Assembly: GCA_040954595.2 (NCBI GenBank)
Contig: CM082577.2
Span: 7,217,846 to 7,281,845, forward strand
Direction of reading: 5' to 3'
From: Balanoglossus misakiensis
Taxonomy: Eukaryota > Animalia > Hemichordata
DNA length: 64,000 bases
A program made the translations under genes and the position numbers. Shown here piece by piece: positions 1 through 15,423 of this stretch. Numbering within the stretch: the stretch's first letter is position 1; each line of letters opens with the position of its first letter. A model generated the notes under the pieces. It did no database searches, had not been told where the DNA came from, and worked only from the letters and a program-made list of their open reading frames with translations.

Positions 1-2470
1 TTTCTGTCGGTCGCGGAGACAGTTAGTGGTGATTGGGAACATTAACACACGAAACTCGAGCAGCAGAAAATGTACAAATTTATTTGAGCTTTGTGTTCTT
101 TTACATTTTTTTTATTTAGCCGCGCGTAAAGGCCTGTGTTCTCAAACAGGGTGCAGTCCTGTCGACTTTCTCTGCAGTCATTTCCAAATGTTCTAAACGA
201 ATGACGACACATAAAGGAATACTGTCAGGTGTCCTTCAAAGCATACACGCAACGCCTGGTCGGTTACAGCATCTTGTTTAGGCTTGTCTGTTTCGGTATA
301 GTACAAGATTTCAAAAAAATGTAGAAACATGCCTTTTGTAAACGGTGACAACCGCACCCTGCTTCAGAACGCCTACAGCCTTGTGAACACAACTCCTCAC
401 AGTAAAACAGACTGTCGTCTGAGCAATACATGCGAGAAAATAACTTTCAACTGAACAGGAAAGTGTGCGCATGCGTTGTGTGCTAGAAATATTATAAAAT
501 TAAAATCGCAAATTGTAATCGCTTGTGTGATGTGTGCCCTGGATAGATTTAATGATGCATATGACACTGTTTGTCAATGACACTTGTCGAGCTGTGCGAC
601 AGCCGTCTAGGAAAAGAACGTTCACAGGCCTGGGTAAATAAAAATAACAATTTCGAATATAAACTGGTTGGCAGATCATATCGGCTACTCGAAACTAGGT
701 CTATCCATGGGAACGGCGGGAGTAGAGCGTGCTTGAACACGCGCACGCCTCCAGTTAATCCAGTTTCACTATAAGTGACAGGACAAAGAACTATTTTATT
801 TCACTTAATCTTTATTATTTTGTGAATACTAACTACGGCCATAACATAATACACCAAACAATGTCCTACTAGTATTTTCTTTTACATTATACGGCTTATG
901 AGCGATGAAAATATTCCAGTCGTGAATGTTGGTCGTTGAAAGTATAATCATGTTGGACAGAAAATAATTTCGCCACAGTGGGCTCTGTTCGTCAAGCAGG
1001 GTGGATTTAAAATCCGGTCAAAAGTTCAAAACTAACACAGCCTGATAACAACACACATAGTGTCTGTAATTGTGAACAACCTGAGTCCTGAGGTCTTATT
1101 CCGTCCTCTTTTACATCGTCGTTTTGTGGCGATCTAAGATCGATGAACAAAAGTGCAGGTTCTCTTAACGTCCACTGCAAACTGGAATTCCTACCGCGAC
1201 ATAGTCACTTTTTTCTAAAAGTAAAACTCCTTAATAGTAGATTTCAGATAATAATGAAAATTCTAATATTTTTTATCATGGAACTGAAAGAGGCAAAGTC
1301 GACACTGTTGTCTGTATGTTATGAATGTTGTTTCGGAGCAGCTGGTTGTGCAGCTGTCGAGCTTACTGCAAAACTCTTAGCATCTGCTGCACTGGAGCAC
1401 AACAAAGGCCCCGGACGTACACTATTCGTCGATCAGGTGACTGGCGAGACACGCCATACCAGTAAAAACTAACGTCACCACTAATCCAACAACAACAATG
1501 CAACACAGTTTTGAGAACTGCACTGAACGCACGCCACAAATGACACACAGATGGCGACATTGCGTCTCTCAGCAATTATTCAAAGATTATTATAATATTT
1601 TACAGAACAGAAAATATACAAATATGTTGCTGTATTATACAAAACAAAAATGGCGGATTAGTGTTTACAGCCAGGAAAAAAATACAGCCAGGAAAAAAAC
1701 TTCAAAGTATCTTTCTATCGTGCTTACAAAATACAAAATTGTATCCATGAAAATGAGTGTTTATCTCACATTTTGGACGTCGTTGCAGCGTCGGATTGAA
1801 GTCTGTGCCTGACAACAGCAAGTATTAGTATTTCCAAATAGAAGATTTGGTGCGGGCTATCACTGTAATTAAACTCAGGAGTTATCAACTTGTTACGGTA
1901 CTATGTTTACATTTAATAATCGACCCAGCTCTACCAAGCAGCCAATATATCCAGACAGAGATTATACCTTAATCGATCACTTATCACTCTCTGTGTTTTT
2001 GATATGAATAATTAACACAAATCGGTGACTATTTATTTCTTTGCTATCATCTTAAACCTTACTTTTTGCCCATTCGGACCATTACAATTAAACATATACA
2101 TGTAGTACTATTTAAACTTGAAAAATCTTAGCTCAAAACAAAAGGAATGTCACATCAACATCAAACACAACGCAAACGATTTCACATGCGTTGAACTGTA
2201 CAGGTTCGGATATGAAAAGATTGTCTATGGAAATTTACAGCAGTTGCTATAATCGTATTCGTTTTGAATATAATCGTAGTATTAATAGAAAACATTGGCA
2301 AATGATTAATTGATTGAATATTTAATTAAAATATCAATATAGATAGTATCGTTTCGTGCACTATATTTTGAAGAAAAAAAGATGTGCAATATCGATTGTT
2401 TATCCTTCTTGCAAACTGTTTGAGCTTCTAGTCTATCGGAACACTGGTAAATGCAAAATTACTATTTCAG

Positions 2471-5400
2471 TCACTCTTGGGGACAAACAGAGCCCTTGTA
2501 CTTTCGAGGGGCGCTTTCTGCTTTCTTCCATTCTTCTATCTTCTCCTTCAACTCGGCGTTTTCGCGAATGCTGTCATTACTGAGGATGGTCTCAGAAATG
2601 AAGGACTCGCTGATCTGACTGAATCTGACGTGCGCGAGAACGTCCGGAAGGGTCCCCTTTCGGTTATCGGCGTCGTAGCGAACCCAGCTCATGATTGCCT
2701 CGTAGACCATCTCCTCCTTGGGGATGCAGAGCTCGTCTGAGGACGCGAGTTCGACGAGGCGGTCCTTGCTGATGTGGGGGAAGTAGTCGTACTGGCAGGC
2801 GGTGATGAAGTTCTCCAGGGCGAACGCCCTCGCCCTGCCCGCCAGCTCGGTGTGGCCGGCGGACTCGGCGGCCTTCAGGATTCTGAGGCAGGTCATGGGG
2901 CTCAGGTGCTTCGCCATGACGCCCAGGCAGGCCTGCCACGCATCCTTCACCTGCATCTTCCTGGCGCCGTCGAACAGTCGGAAGAGCTCCTTCTCGGTGA
3001 CGGAGAACTTGGACGTGTACATGTAGTCGACGAGTTTCCTCAGCATGATGGGTTTGATCTCGGGAATGGGCACCTGGTCCGTCTTGGTCTTCTGGGTGAA
3101 CCACGAGAAGAAGTGCTCGCTGCACGCCGCCAGGAGGGCACGGTGGCACGGCAAGACCTCGTGGGCGGATTTCAACACCACGTCGACGAAGGCACTGGAG
3201 GGCCGGAATTCGTTCAGAGCGTGCACGATCCGGGCATTCTGGTGGGGATCGTGAAAGTAGAAATTGTCCTGCTGCGGATGATGTTTGACGGGCTCGGTGT
3301 GCTGTTGTACGGCGTCTGTGCCGTTGACTAACTTTTCTTCGCCCGTTGATTCTTTAGATTCTTCTCCTTGCCCCTCTTTGACTTCTGTCTCTCCTGCGGT
3401 CTTCGTGTCGTCCTCAGCCCGAGCATCCGGATTCACATCTGTTTTCCCATCTGTGACAAAGGATTGGCACGCAGAGACAAGCGATTCGAATTGGAACAAT
3501 TCGGCAGCCTCCAGGATGGAAGACACGGTTCTCTTCGGCACCGACACCGTCGCCGAGTAAGCATAGTCGACGATCACCTCCAGAATGCTTCCCTCAACTC
3601 CCCGGATGTCGATGATGTCGGTCTTCGCGGAGAACGTGTTTGCCAGCGTCTCTCTGAAGTAGGCGCTGCACGCGGCCATCACCATTCTGTGACAGTAGAT
3701 CTCTTTCTTCTTCACGCAGAGGATCAGGTCTGTGAACTGCTTGGTCGCTCTGAACTCGTTCAACTTCCGCATGACACCGTCCGCGCGACCGACCTCGTGG
3801 TGGTCTATGGTGTTCCTCATGGCTGGACTGTGCGTGGGAGACGCTAATGGGGACTTCACCGTCTCCTTTGGGGTCAGGTTTAGTGTATCTGGTCGGGGTG
3901 TGGTCGAGATGTTCCCCGGTGACTTTTTGGGTGACCCGGCTGACTTGTGAACAGTTTTCGTCACAGTCCTAGTCGTCGTGCCACTTGTTGGTCGTGCTGC
4001 ACCAGAAGTCTGTCTTGTCTGTGTCGTTGTCCTCGATGTAGGTCTAGCTCCGCCCTTTTGCACTGTAGTAGTAGTGGACGAGGTGACGGGGGCGCCATCT
4101 TTGATTACTCTCGTCGTCCTGGTTGTCACCGTTCTCGACGTGGTACCTGCCGAGCTCGCTCTTGTTGGGGAGGTCGTTGAGCTGGTGACTGTTCTCCTGG
4201 TAGTTGTCGATGAAGGCCTTGCGGGAGCCGTTGATGTTGTCACCGTTCTTCTGGTTGTGGTTGCTGTTGAACCTGGTCTGGTGGATGATGTCGTCGTCTT
4301 CCTTGGTGACGTCGCTGGTCCCGTGCGAGGAGTTGTCGCAGGTGCGCTGACAGGCCTCTTGCCTGTTGGTTCTCTGGGGGTCCTCGGAGTGGCGGCGGAA
4401 GACCTTGGTTTCTGAGCTGCAGGCTTTCTCTGGGGCGGCGGCCCAAAACTTCCATAACCAGGTTTAGTCTCTCTCGGAGTCGCACTCGATGTTGCTGATG
4501 ATCTTGGTTTTGAGGGTGAAGTTTTCCTTTGTGGGGGTGGACCCATGGATCCATACCCCGAGGGCTTCTTCTTCTCCACCTGCGCACCTCTCCTTGGTGA
4601 CGACGGGGCCTTCCTCTCCGCAGGCGGTGCGGTGGCAGGCCTTGCAGTCGGAGCGGTGGTTTTCTGTGCTCTGCTCGGTGTCGCTGAAGCTGGTCTCGCG
4701 CCTCGAGTTGTTGGTTTGTCTTTGCTTACTTCCCTTGGTGATTTGGCGTGACTCTCCAGTTCGATCTTGTCGGAATGTTTACGAAGGGAACTTGCCGTTG
4801 GAGCGAAGAGTCTGGACGAGACTTGGGTTCTCTTCGGGGTCGGTTTCTTCCCACTTTCATCGGCAGCTTTGACAGCGTCCTTTTGTTGGGTCGGTTTCTT
4901 GGCTTTTTGGTCCGCCCCAACCTTCGCCTTCGCTTTGGTAGGAACTGCTTCGACTTTGCCAGCCGCGGCCTCGGGTTTCTTGGATTCGCTCTCTTGCTGT
5001 TCAGGTTTGCCTGTTGCTTGTGTGACTTCACCGGCCGGATCCGCTGCTGTCGTTTGCGCCTGTTCTCCTGGCTGTTCGGTCGCTTGAAAATCGGTGTTAT
5101 TCGCAACTGCGGCAGCGGGCTTCTCCTCGCTGTTTTCAACGGACGTTTCCCCTGTGGTTGGCACGTGATTTTGCTCTGTCTCACTGGTAGTTGTGACTGG
5201 GGCTTGCTCTGCTCCATTTGCAGATGGAGTTTGCTGGGCTTCACTTGTGGGAGTGGGCGTGGCTTGCTCTGACTCATTTGTAGGCGGGGCACCGTTGCCA
5301 GAATCAGACTGGGCACCGATTTCTACACTTGGACCATTCTTCTGTTGTTCTGCCGCTGCGTCCTGGGTCAGGTCAGGCGATTCTTTACAAGGGGGTACTA

Positions 5401-5503
5401 CTTGCTTAAGGTCACTGACCTCGCCGCTGCTTTCAGGCTGTGTTGGCGGCGCTGCGACTTCTTGACTTGCCGCGTCTTCTGTTCCGTTCGGTTCGCTTTC
5501 CAT
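2471..5503 (-). CDS. Kelch-less BTB-BTB-BACK protein (1010 aa) with long acidic then basic low-complexity N-terminus; KLHL/BTBD-family-like, putative Cullin-3 adaptor
   Basis: One uninterrupted ORF. BTB1 (about 3455-3780: KLNEFRATKQFTDLILCV...CHRMVMAACSAYF...VIVDYAYS), BTB2 (about 2925-3236: ALNEFR...FVDVVL...CHRALLAACSEHF...LVDYMYTS) and BACK (TCLRILKAAE...EEMVYEAIMSWVRYD...VLAHVRF). A polypyrimidine+AG acceptor at 5534-5535 lies just upstream of the ATG, implying a non-coding upstream exon. Confidence 0.9.
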   Translation of the reverse strand: MESEPNGTEDAASQEVAAPPTQPESSGEVSDLKQVVPPCKESPDLTQDAAAEQQKNGPSVEIGAQSDSGNGAPPTNESEQATPTPTSEAQQTPSANGAEQAPVTTTSETEQNHVPTTGETSVENSEEKPAAAVANNTDFQATEQPGEQAQTTAADPAGEVTQATGKPEQQESESKKPEAAAGKVEAVPTKAKAKVGADQKAKKPTQQKDAVKAADESGKKPTPKRTQVSSRLFAPTASSLRKHSDKIELESHAKSPREVSKDKPTTRGARPASATPSRAQKTTAPTARPATAPPAERKAPSSPRRGAQVEKKKPSGYGSMGPPPQRKTSPSKPRSSATSSATPRETKPGYGSFGPPPQRKPAAQKPRSSAATPRTPREPTGKRPVSAPATTPRTGPATSPRKTTTSSTRPGSTATTTRRTVTTSTAPARPSSTTTRRTVTSSTTSPTRASSAGTTSRTVTTRTTRVIKDGAPVTSSTTTTVQKGGARPTSRTTTQTRQTSGAARPTSGTTTRTVTKTVHKSAGSPKKSPGNISTTPRPDTLNLTPKETVKSPLASPTHSPAMRNTIDHHEVGRADGVMRKLNEFRATKQFTDLILCVKKKEIYCHRMVMAACSAYFRETLANTFSAKTDIIDIRGVEGSILEVIVDYAYSATVSVPKRTVSSILEAAELFQFESLVSACQSFVTDGKTDVNPDARAEDDTKTAGETEVKEGQGEESKESTGEEKLVNGTDAVQQHTEPVKHHPQQDNFYFHDPHQNARIVHALNEFRPSSAFVDVVLKSAHEVLPCHRALLAACSEHFFSWFTQKTKTDQVPIPEIKPIMLRKLVDYMYTSKFSVTEKELFRLFDGARKMQVKDAWQACLGVMAKHLSPMTCLRILKAAESAGHTELAGRARAFALENFITACQYDYFPHISKDRLVELASSDELCIPKEEMVYEAIMSWVRYDADNRKGTLPDVLAHVRFSQISESFISETILSNDSIRENAELKEKIEEWKKAESAPRKYKGSVCPQE

Positions 5504-7361
5504 CTTACTGAAGTTGTTGGGGGTTTGATAGTTCTATCAAGAGAAAAACAAGAAGCATTTAAATGTGTTGACATATCAAATTTTCCCTTAAGAGAAACAT
5601 GTACATTGCAGGCGAATTTCCAGCCACTGCAATTGACAAAACATACGGTGCCTAATTACAATACAACAGTTGGGTGCCTCTATTCTTCGCCTGTACAAGA
5701 CTTGGCTTTCAACATCCACCTAATCCAGTAGACAAAGCTTTTTGAACGCATCAGCGACTTCGATAAGCCATTTCTCACCAAACAGGTAGAGCTTTGTCCA
5801 AAAGCACAATGCAACACGGCCGCTTGGTAGCATCTATAAATTCTTTGACCTCAGTGTGCACTGTTTGCGTTCTTTAGGAACAAAATTGACGATGTTTTTT
5901 ACTATTCACGTACATTTGTGCGAACGAGATAAAGACCGAACTGTTTTGTGGGTGTAAAGTCGTCTCAAATTTGGGAAGCGGTTTCGTGCGGTACGATTGT
6001 GAATTCATATGTCGCAGACACAAAAACGTAAACGAGTTAACAATTTATCACCCGTCATAGTGGTGTTTTAATGCTATTAAAAAATTGCAGCTTTTTACGA
6101 AACTGTTATCAGAAATTCCCCGGAAACCAAATAAAACAAGAATGCAATTAACCCAGGGCAAGAAATAGGATTTAAATATAGGGTGACCTTGCGTGACCCC
6201 GTCTAAAGGCACAACACAATGGATATGACAAAGGGCCTCAATGCAGGGCATTCATCAACCAAAGTTGCTTTCCGAATATTATATAGTTGAATAAAAAGAA
6301 ATAAATTTAAAGTGATTATCATACAATAACTTTTTTAAGCGACTTTGGCTGGCTAGGTTGATCGCTGCGCTCACGGCATGAAGAATACTGTTCATTGTAT
6401 TCACCACAAAGGCGAAAGACAGTTTAGCATGCTTTTCACGTACAAAGGCGTTTTACAGACCCTCTGCTAGTTTTCAAACGGCGCAATTATGGCTGGGTCC
6501 AGGGTCCCTAATAAACAATCTCTCTCGACAACAAATATTTTCCCACGAACCGTGCTCATTGCGCGTGTTGCGGTATCTCAGTTGAAGCGAGTTCCGTGAG
6601 AGGTGGTGTCAATTTTTCAAGAGGCATGTCGTGTGCGCAACTGAAGATGTTTTTGTTCAGGTGCTAACCACATAGCATAGAATTCGGGTGTAATGATACA
6701 AATCGTGCCGAGTGTTGTGGCACGAGACACTTATAGGTGTGTGTCACCATATATGGATACTATTATATGGTCACTGACAGCTACAGCGAGTTTCATATTT
6801 ACGTATACTAAAACTAGTGTTGCTTTCGCGTTGACAACAGCGCGCGACACGTTTCGATTAATGACAGTTCAAACCGACATTAATGGCCCTTACTGTCGTT
6901 CAGTTGTCACTACTGGTGTTGGTAGCACTATTATCTTGCGGTGTACGAGTAAACATTTGGTGTGGTCTAAACACTCGAAAGATTAAAAACGTCCCCGTGA
7001 GGCTGATAAGCGCCGTCGGCCGTCAGACGACATTCAGACCCCGCCTCGGGAGGATCGGTATGCGTCGCGATGTCGTGTGTGTGTGACTTTCAAGGCCAAA
7101 AGGGGGTTCTGGCAGCAGTACAGTGACAAATAAGTCCTTGGAAAACAACTCTCCAGTGAATAAACATCCCGCCACTCTCTTTTGATCTCGAATACTGTGA
7201 CGCGATAAATTATGCCCTGTGGACCTACCTATGTATACAGCTACCTGCTACTATACACCGTGGCACTTTTGGACCACGCGACAGTGTCGTTCAAGCGGGA
7301 TGATGCTAACCAACCGCAGAGAGTGACAGACTGGTTCGGGAACGTGTGGTACCTGCCTCGG

Positions 7362-7372
7362 CAAGATGGCGG
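7362..7372. promoter_or_regulatory. YY1-type motif CAAGATGGCGG beside a possible minus-strand donor (CAG|GTACCA at 7352); candidate first non-coding exon/promoter of the BTB gene
   Basis: Match to the YY1 core consensus AAGATGGCGG; the link to the BTB gene is inference only. Confidence 0.25.
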
Positions 7373-8552
7373 ATGCGGGGTAGGAGGGGAAGTCTAAGGA
7401 CGGTCAGGCTACTCATTGTGAACACAGTTCACCTGCATAACAATGATTCAAAGAGATTTAATTGAAAGCCATTAGCGTGGCTTTATCAAAGTGAAAGGGT
7501 TGCTTCCTTTCACCTTAAGAGTTTTTGGCAAAAGAAAAAAGCGACGCCATGGGCGATACCAAAGGAGCGTCGTGAAGTATTCTGAATTCAGGTACTTTTT
7601 TGTGTCCCTGCGCAAGGTGGGATTTTGGTCCTGAATCTCAGCTGCAGTGAAAGGGGCCGGACGGATACTGTCTCCAAGTCTTGGTCATCGATCCCCGTGC
7701 TGGGAATGGCACAATGACCTTTTTGTCTAACAGGACTGTAAATCTCACATATGTCACTTGGGGTATTGACGCAAATTTTAAGCGCTAAACTTAACATCCG
7801 AATGTGGGTCCCGGACCAGTAGCGACTGCTTGTGATCGCAGTTGTTTTTGATCATCCCCGCGAGTAAATGTTTCTCTGTAGTTATCTCTGCCCACAGGAA
7901 TTTTATCAGTTTGGTCAATGGTGATATCTTTCTTATTTATAAACGTACACAGATGCATGAAATGGCAATCTGAGTCGGATCTATACCGATGCTACTATAG
8001 ACAGGTGATGCTGCTGTCTGTGATACATGTACTATATCATAAGAACAGTCCTACCTCAGATTATTTGAGCCTTGGTGCCGAGATCGATGACAGATGTGTA
8101 ACGTCTAAATATAAAACTTCTATCTCACTCTCCGTCAGTGTTCGAATGCCCCGTTGCGGAACGTCAGTGCGGCGCGCTGGTCAGATTCTGGTGGCGGCCA
8201 ACGAAGCGCTGTCACCGGTCTAACCTCGGGACGAAAATCATAAGGTGCGCCCAGCGGTTTGTGTCGAATAAATCATGTTATACAGTGACTCATGCGGTAG
8301 ACCCCGCCTTCGGGGGTAAGTGAACCCTAGGGCTGCGACAATTCGGTCTCGAACAGCTGAACAATGAGGGAGAAAACTGTTGGCGGTGTATCATGTGACC
8401 ACACAACGCTCTACATACAATTATCTGATTTACATACCCTGGCATAGGTGTCATGTAACTTTAGGGTCAAAGGAGGAAATATAACACCGATTAAGCGGCT
8501 GTTAAGTGCGTCATATGGCACGAGTTCATAGAGTGTATACTCAGTCTGTAAA

Positions 8553-8575
8553 ACAGACAGACAGACAGACAGACA
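8553..8575. repeat. (GACA)n microsatellite
   Basis: Short run of acag units read directly. Confidence 0.85.
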
Positions 8576-8628
8576 AAATATGTCAGAAGCGATCAGACTG
8601 TCGTTGATTGATTATTATACCATGACAA

Positions 8629-8648
8629 TTGATTGATTGGTTGGTTGG

Positions 8649-8727
<79 letters not shown>
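8629..8727. repeat. (GATT)n microsatellite with GGTT interruptions
   Basis: About 100 bp of gatt repeats read directly. Confidence 0.97.
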
Positions 8728-8728
<1 letters not shown>

Positions 8729-11567
8729 CCGGATCTGGAGGTATTCATAAAAATCATTCAGACTTTCATCCCACTCTCGGAAATGTCGTCACAAGGGAGA
8801 AATATTATTTGGTGCGGACTACTGTCTCCCCACGCCCTAATAATCAAAAATGTTCGCGACAGTATAATTATACGCATCGGAGGGTTTGTCCTCGTGTTGT
8901 ACTCGGAGAGTTCCTGTTATATGTATGTTCGACCCTCATAAATTTTATCCGAAAATAAATGAACCCTGCACAATAGATTTCCGCTGGTATGGGTGAAAAG
9001 AATCTTTGTTTATCTATATCGATTTTCGGGACATCACAAGTAATTGCTGAGTTGTCATTACTATAGCTGAGGTAAAGTCTACGACCTCTGTCACCTTAAA
9101 TATCGAGACGTCGTCACTAGTATAGTCCCCCTTAAGTCCCCCCACAGCGCGCCGAAAAGTCCTGGGGACATTGGTGTCACCTCTGTGTTTGTTCTACACG
9201 ACCTCCAATTGGTTTATATTGAACCTGGCTCTTTCGAGTCAAGGTGTGTTCGACCATAGCCGCGGCATTGGCATCGTTAGATCAACATCACCATGAACAC
9301 AAAACTTGTTTTTATACTTCTTTAGACTTACACGTTTCTGCTGATTTGCACACGGAGTATCTCTAATCGGTAGAGGTTGATTGTATTGCACAAGTTCAAA
9401 GTGGAAACTACTAATTTGCTGCCCTTTTTGACAAACACCCGCGGGGCTTTGTTACGGCGGTGTACTAATATCATTTACGGGTCGCTGGATCTGTCTATTC
9501 ATCAGCCCGCATTCTGTTGCTCTCCCTGCGTCAATGACTTTATTGACGCTGACCCATCATCGAAGGACAGCGACCAGGCTGTTTTTAGACTTGATCCGCG
9601 CAAGGTTAAAAGAAATGATTCTGGCCATGTCTTAGTAACAGCTAGCACTGCACCTATTGGTCAAATCTGTCTTCAGGTTCATCCATTGTCACCATTCGTC
9701 TCATTGTTGTAAAATACTAGCAGATACCATGGAGGTATAAATGCTAATTATAACAAGTTAAAGGGCATATGCTATACATAGCTGACCTGTTTGTTTCCTC
9801 ATAAACAGTTCCATGCAGGGACAAAGAGACAATTGTATATATCTGTATAAATGAGCACACCAACAATCTTGAACCATAGGACGAATACAGGTCTACAACC
9901 TACACGTTGACTCAAGTAACTTTTCAACCACGGCGGAAAATATCCGACGCGAATCGCTTGAATAATATTAATCATCATGAAACGGGCCCAATATAGTACG
10001 CCCACACTTGGCCCAACAGTTGTAAATAATACAGAGTCAAATGGCGTTACGCACATGTTTGCAGTTCGCTAATCAAACTGTCGATATGTTCACAACGATG
10101 CAGTGGGTAGACACACAAACCGTGCCACTTATGCAACAACCCCATTTCTCTGTCGCAGTCCATTAGTATTGAAAGTCAATAATTCCATGTTGACACTTGA
10201 AAAGTATTTTTGTATTCCGTGAAAACGATATTGTTAGCTTTTGTCTTGACTAAATATCATTAATTTCCCCGAATTTTCTTATATCTTACATTGTACCCTG
10301 CATTAATATTTAAATATTTTTTGGATTTGGCTGATTAATTGATTGATTGATTGATTGTATTTTACCATATGCTGACGGGAACCTGCGTATAGCTCGTTTG
10401 TTTTATTTTCCTTACACGGAAAATATGCCCATTTTTTCAGTTACCACAACTCGCTCGCATTACGTACGTGAGTGGTGTCAACAATGGTGGATATGAAAGC
10501 AATTTTAAGGCCGTGTGACTGAATCGTATTATGTGACCATCAGAAACCACCCGACCATAAAAAGCGCTGGACAGACTATTTGATGTGCCTCAAACAAAAG
10601 AAGAGAACAACGACTTGCCTTACTGGTGTGAGTGTGAGATAATAAACACACAGTTGTTAAGGATCTGTCGTGTTTTACGGCAGCATTGTGTAAACACCTT
10701 TCTTTCGTGTGCACATTCCTACAGGCTCGGTGTTACCTTAGTCCCTCCACGATTTAACCACAGTGACACTGCGGTGTGAATTTAAAGTCTGGCTGAATGA
10801 AGAGTGCGACGTCCACAATGCATTGGACGCCCACGTTCCCCCACTGTGTGTTGTTGGCCGTTAAAACAGCTCAGTTTGTCTACTGTTAAACAATTATAAA
10901 AGGGGTTTCATGTTCCAATCTGAGCCGTGGAATAAAATCTCTGGACAGACCATCCATTGTTGCATCCGACCATAGAATGTGAGACGGATATCGATCCATT
11001 TCTGCCCTCGGTTTTAAAAGCAACATACATGTACTGTTTTTAGTTTGCGATCTATAGGCCTCTATTGTACAGGTCTGGATCGCTGATATTTCTTGAGAAA
11101 TCCTTTGGATTGCGGTATCAATATCATGCGTGCAGTTGTCCGACTTAACAAAAAGTCAGGTTCATAATCTGATCCATCCAGTTTTATTAGTATAGAACAT
11201 GTGCAAATGGAAACAAAAGAGATAAAAGGGAATCTAACCCGACCATCCATCGTATTGCTGAGAAAACGAGGTGGATGCACTTCAAAAAAGAACCAGTGGT
11301 TAAAGCATGAAAACGAAAGGCCTCGTATTTACTGGCGAAAGGGGCGTTTAAGCTGACATGAACAAGTGCTGCGAGACGTTGAAGCGCAAGGGTCGGTGGG
11401 ATATGGAGGGCAAAGGTCATTCACCAGTCGCCATATTGTTGGTCGTGTTTTTGAGGAACGATAACAAGTGTTGTTCGTTTGATGTCGTGCAGTACGTTGT
11501 GTGTCTGTTAAAAAACATCGACATTCTGTCTTGTTTTGGTCGCAAACCCCCTTCCAAATGCACAGAG

Positions 11568-14016
<2,449 letters not shown>

Positions 14017-15306
14017 ACACAAACCCACACAAGAAACTGCTATAAATTAAACCAATGTGTCTTTACGCCTGTCATTGCACCCAGAGTGCTCGTATAAGTT
14101 ATATGTATATCGGGAAAATTTCATCGGTAAACCAAATGATGACTAACAACATTGACGTGTTGTGAAGCTTTCATTGAGACTCACTATTTCCATCCAATTT
14201 TGTTACATACATATCCATTCCTAACATTTCGCAGCCGAATCTCATGCAGTCAAATTGATGTAACACAAACATTTTAATATTTAAATATAATACACTGCTT
14301 TGAACCAGATATTGTTTGTTCACATAATGTGGCATGAACAACAGGTGTTTGGTTTGGTGTGAAATTACTCTGATTTTTAATTATTGATGTCATGATTAAG
14401 ATTTTCCTATATTAATAATATTCAGCATTCCACAGTTATATATTTTCTCGGAGATATTTCTATTGTTGGAATAGTTGTTTTGGTGTTCTGTGTGGATGTG
14501 GAGTTTTAGCATTCTTCCAATACAGTACAATACAAAACAATACAACACAAATACAATTCGATACAATAGCATGCAGTTTAATACAGTACAATACACAGCA
14601 TGTAATGGAGAAACTGGATTCCCGTGTTTACTGAAACAAGAAATCTGAAACTTCCACTGTTCAAGAAATAGTAATTCGTTGTCTTATCAACTATTTCATG
14701 ATTGTAGCACTAGCTTACAAAGTTAAGCCAGCAGGTACATGTAGTACGGAGAGTGTTGTAATGATGCATTTTTCTCAAATTCTGAGTCTCCTATTTTTCC
14801 AAGTTGATGCATACTGTAGGGTATTTGGTGGTATACAAAAAAGAATTCTTCCATTTTCTTACTGTTTGCCGATGTTCATGCATAAACACTAGAGATAGTG
14901 AATGTTAGGTTTTATTTTAATCTCTGTTGCTCACTTTCTGTCTTTCTATAACTCGTATGGTAGCTATTCTGTTTATTTTGTGGCAAGCTCTGATCAGTCC
15001 AGAAAAAGACATTCTTGAACGTGAAAACCATCTCCCACATGCTGCTGATGTGGTCAAATCAAATATCCAGACAAAATTAACTCATATACAATGTTTTCAT
15101 TTTAGCAGAGATAGACTTCACACAAGCTAAACTGTAAGATTCTATGTTTATCAATTGCTGGGAATATTTTTATACAGTATCCTTACATTTTTTGACAAAT
15201 AGACAGTAAAACAACACATGGACAAAATATTAGCCCTTTAAATTTAGGCCAATACAGCTTATTTTCATCCTTAATTGGTTCTTGTCACACAAATTGTACA
15301 AATGTA

Positions 15307-15324
15307 AATAAATGTTTAAATAAA
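15307..15324 (+). terminator. Two AATAAA hexamers, candidate STUB1 polyadenylation signals
   Basis: AATAAA at 15307-15312 and 15319-15324, about 1.3 kb after the STUB1 stop; usage not verified. Confidence 0.4.
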
Positions 15325-15417
15325 CAAAGTGATCGTCTTGCGAGTTAATTAAAAATGTACAATTTACACACAAACCATTGAGAAACCTGTCGTAGCAATT
15401 ATTTTTAGGGTAAGGTC

Positions 15418-15423
15418 TTTATT
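15418..15423 (-). terminator. AATAAA, candidate polyadenylation signal of ankyrin gene B
   Basis: TTTATT on the plus strand about 460 nt past the stop codon at 15880. Confidence 0.4.

Noticed and set aside
2477-5465. Many overlapping 60-200 aa ORFs on the plus strand and in alternative frames over the BTB gene
   Set aside because: Shadow ORFs caused by GC-rich codon usage of the real CDS; no recognisable motifs.
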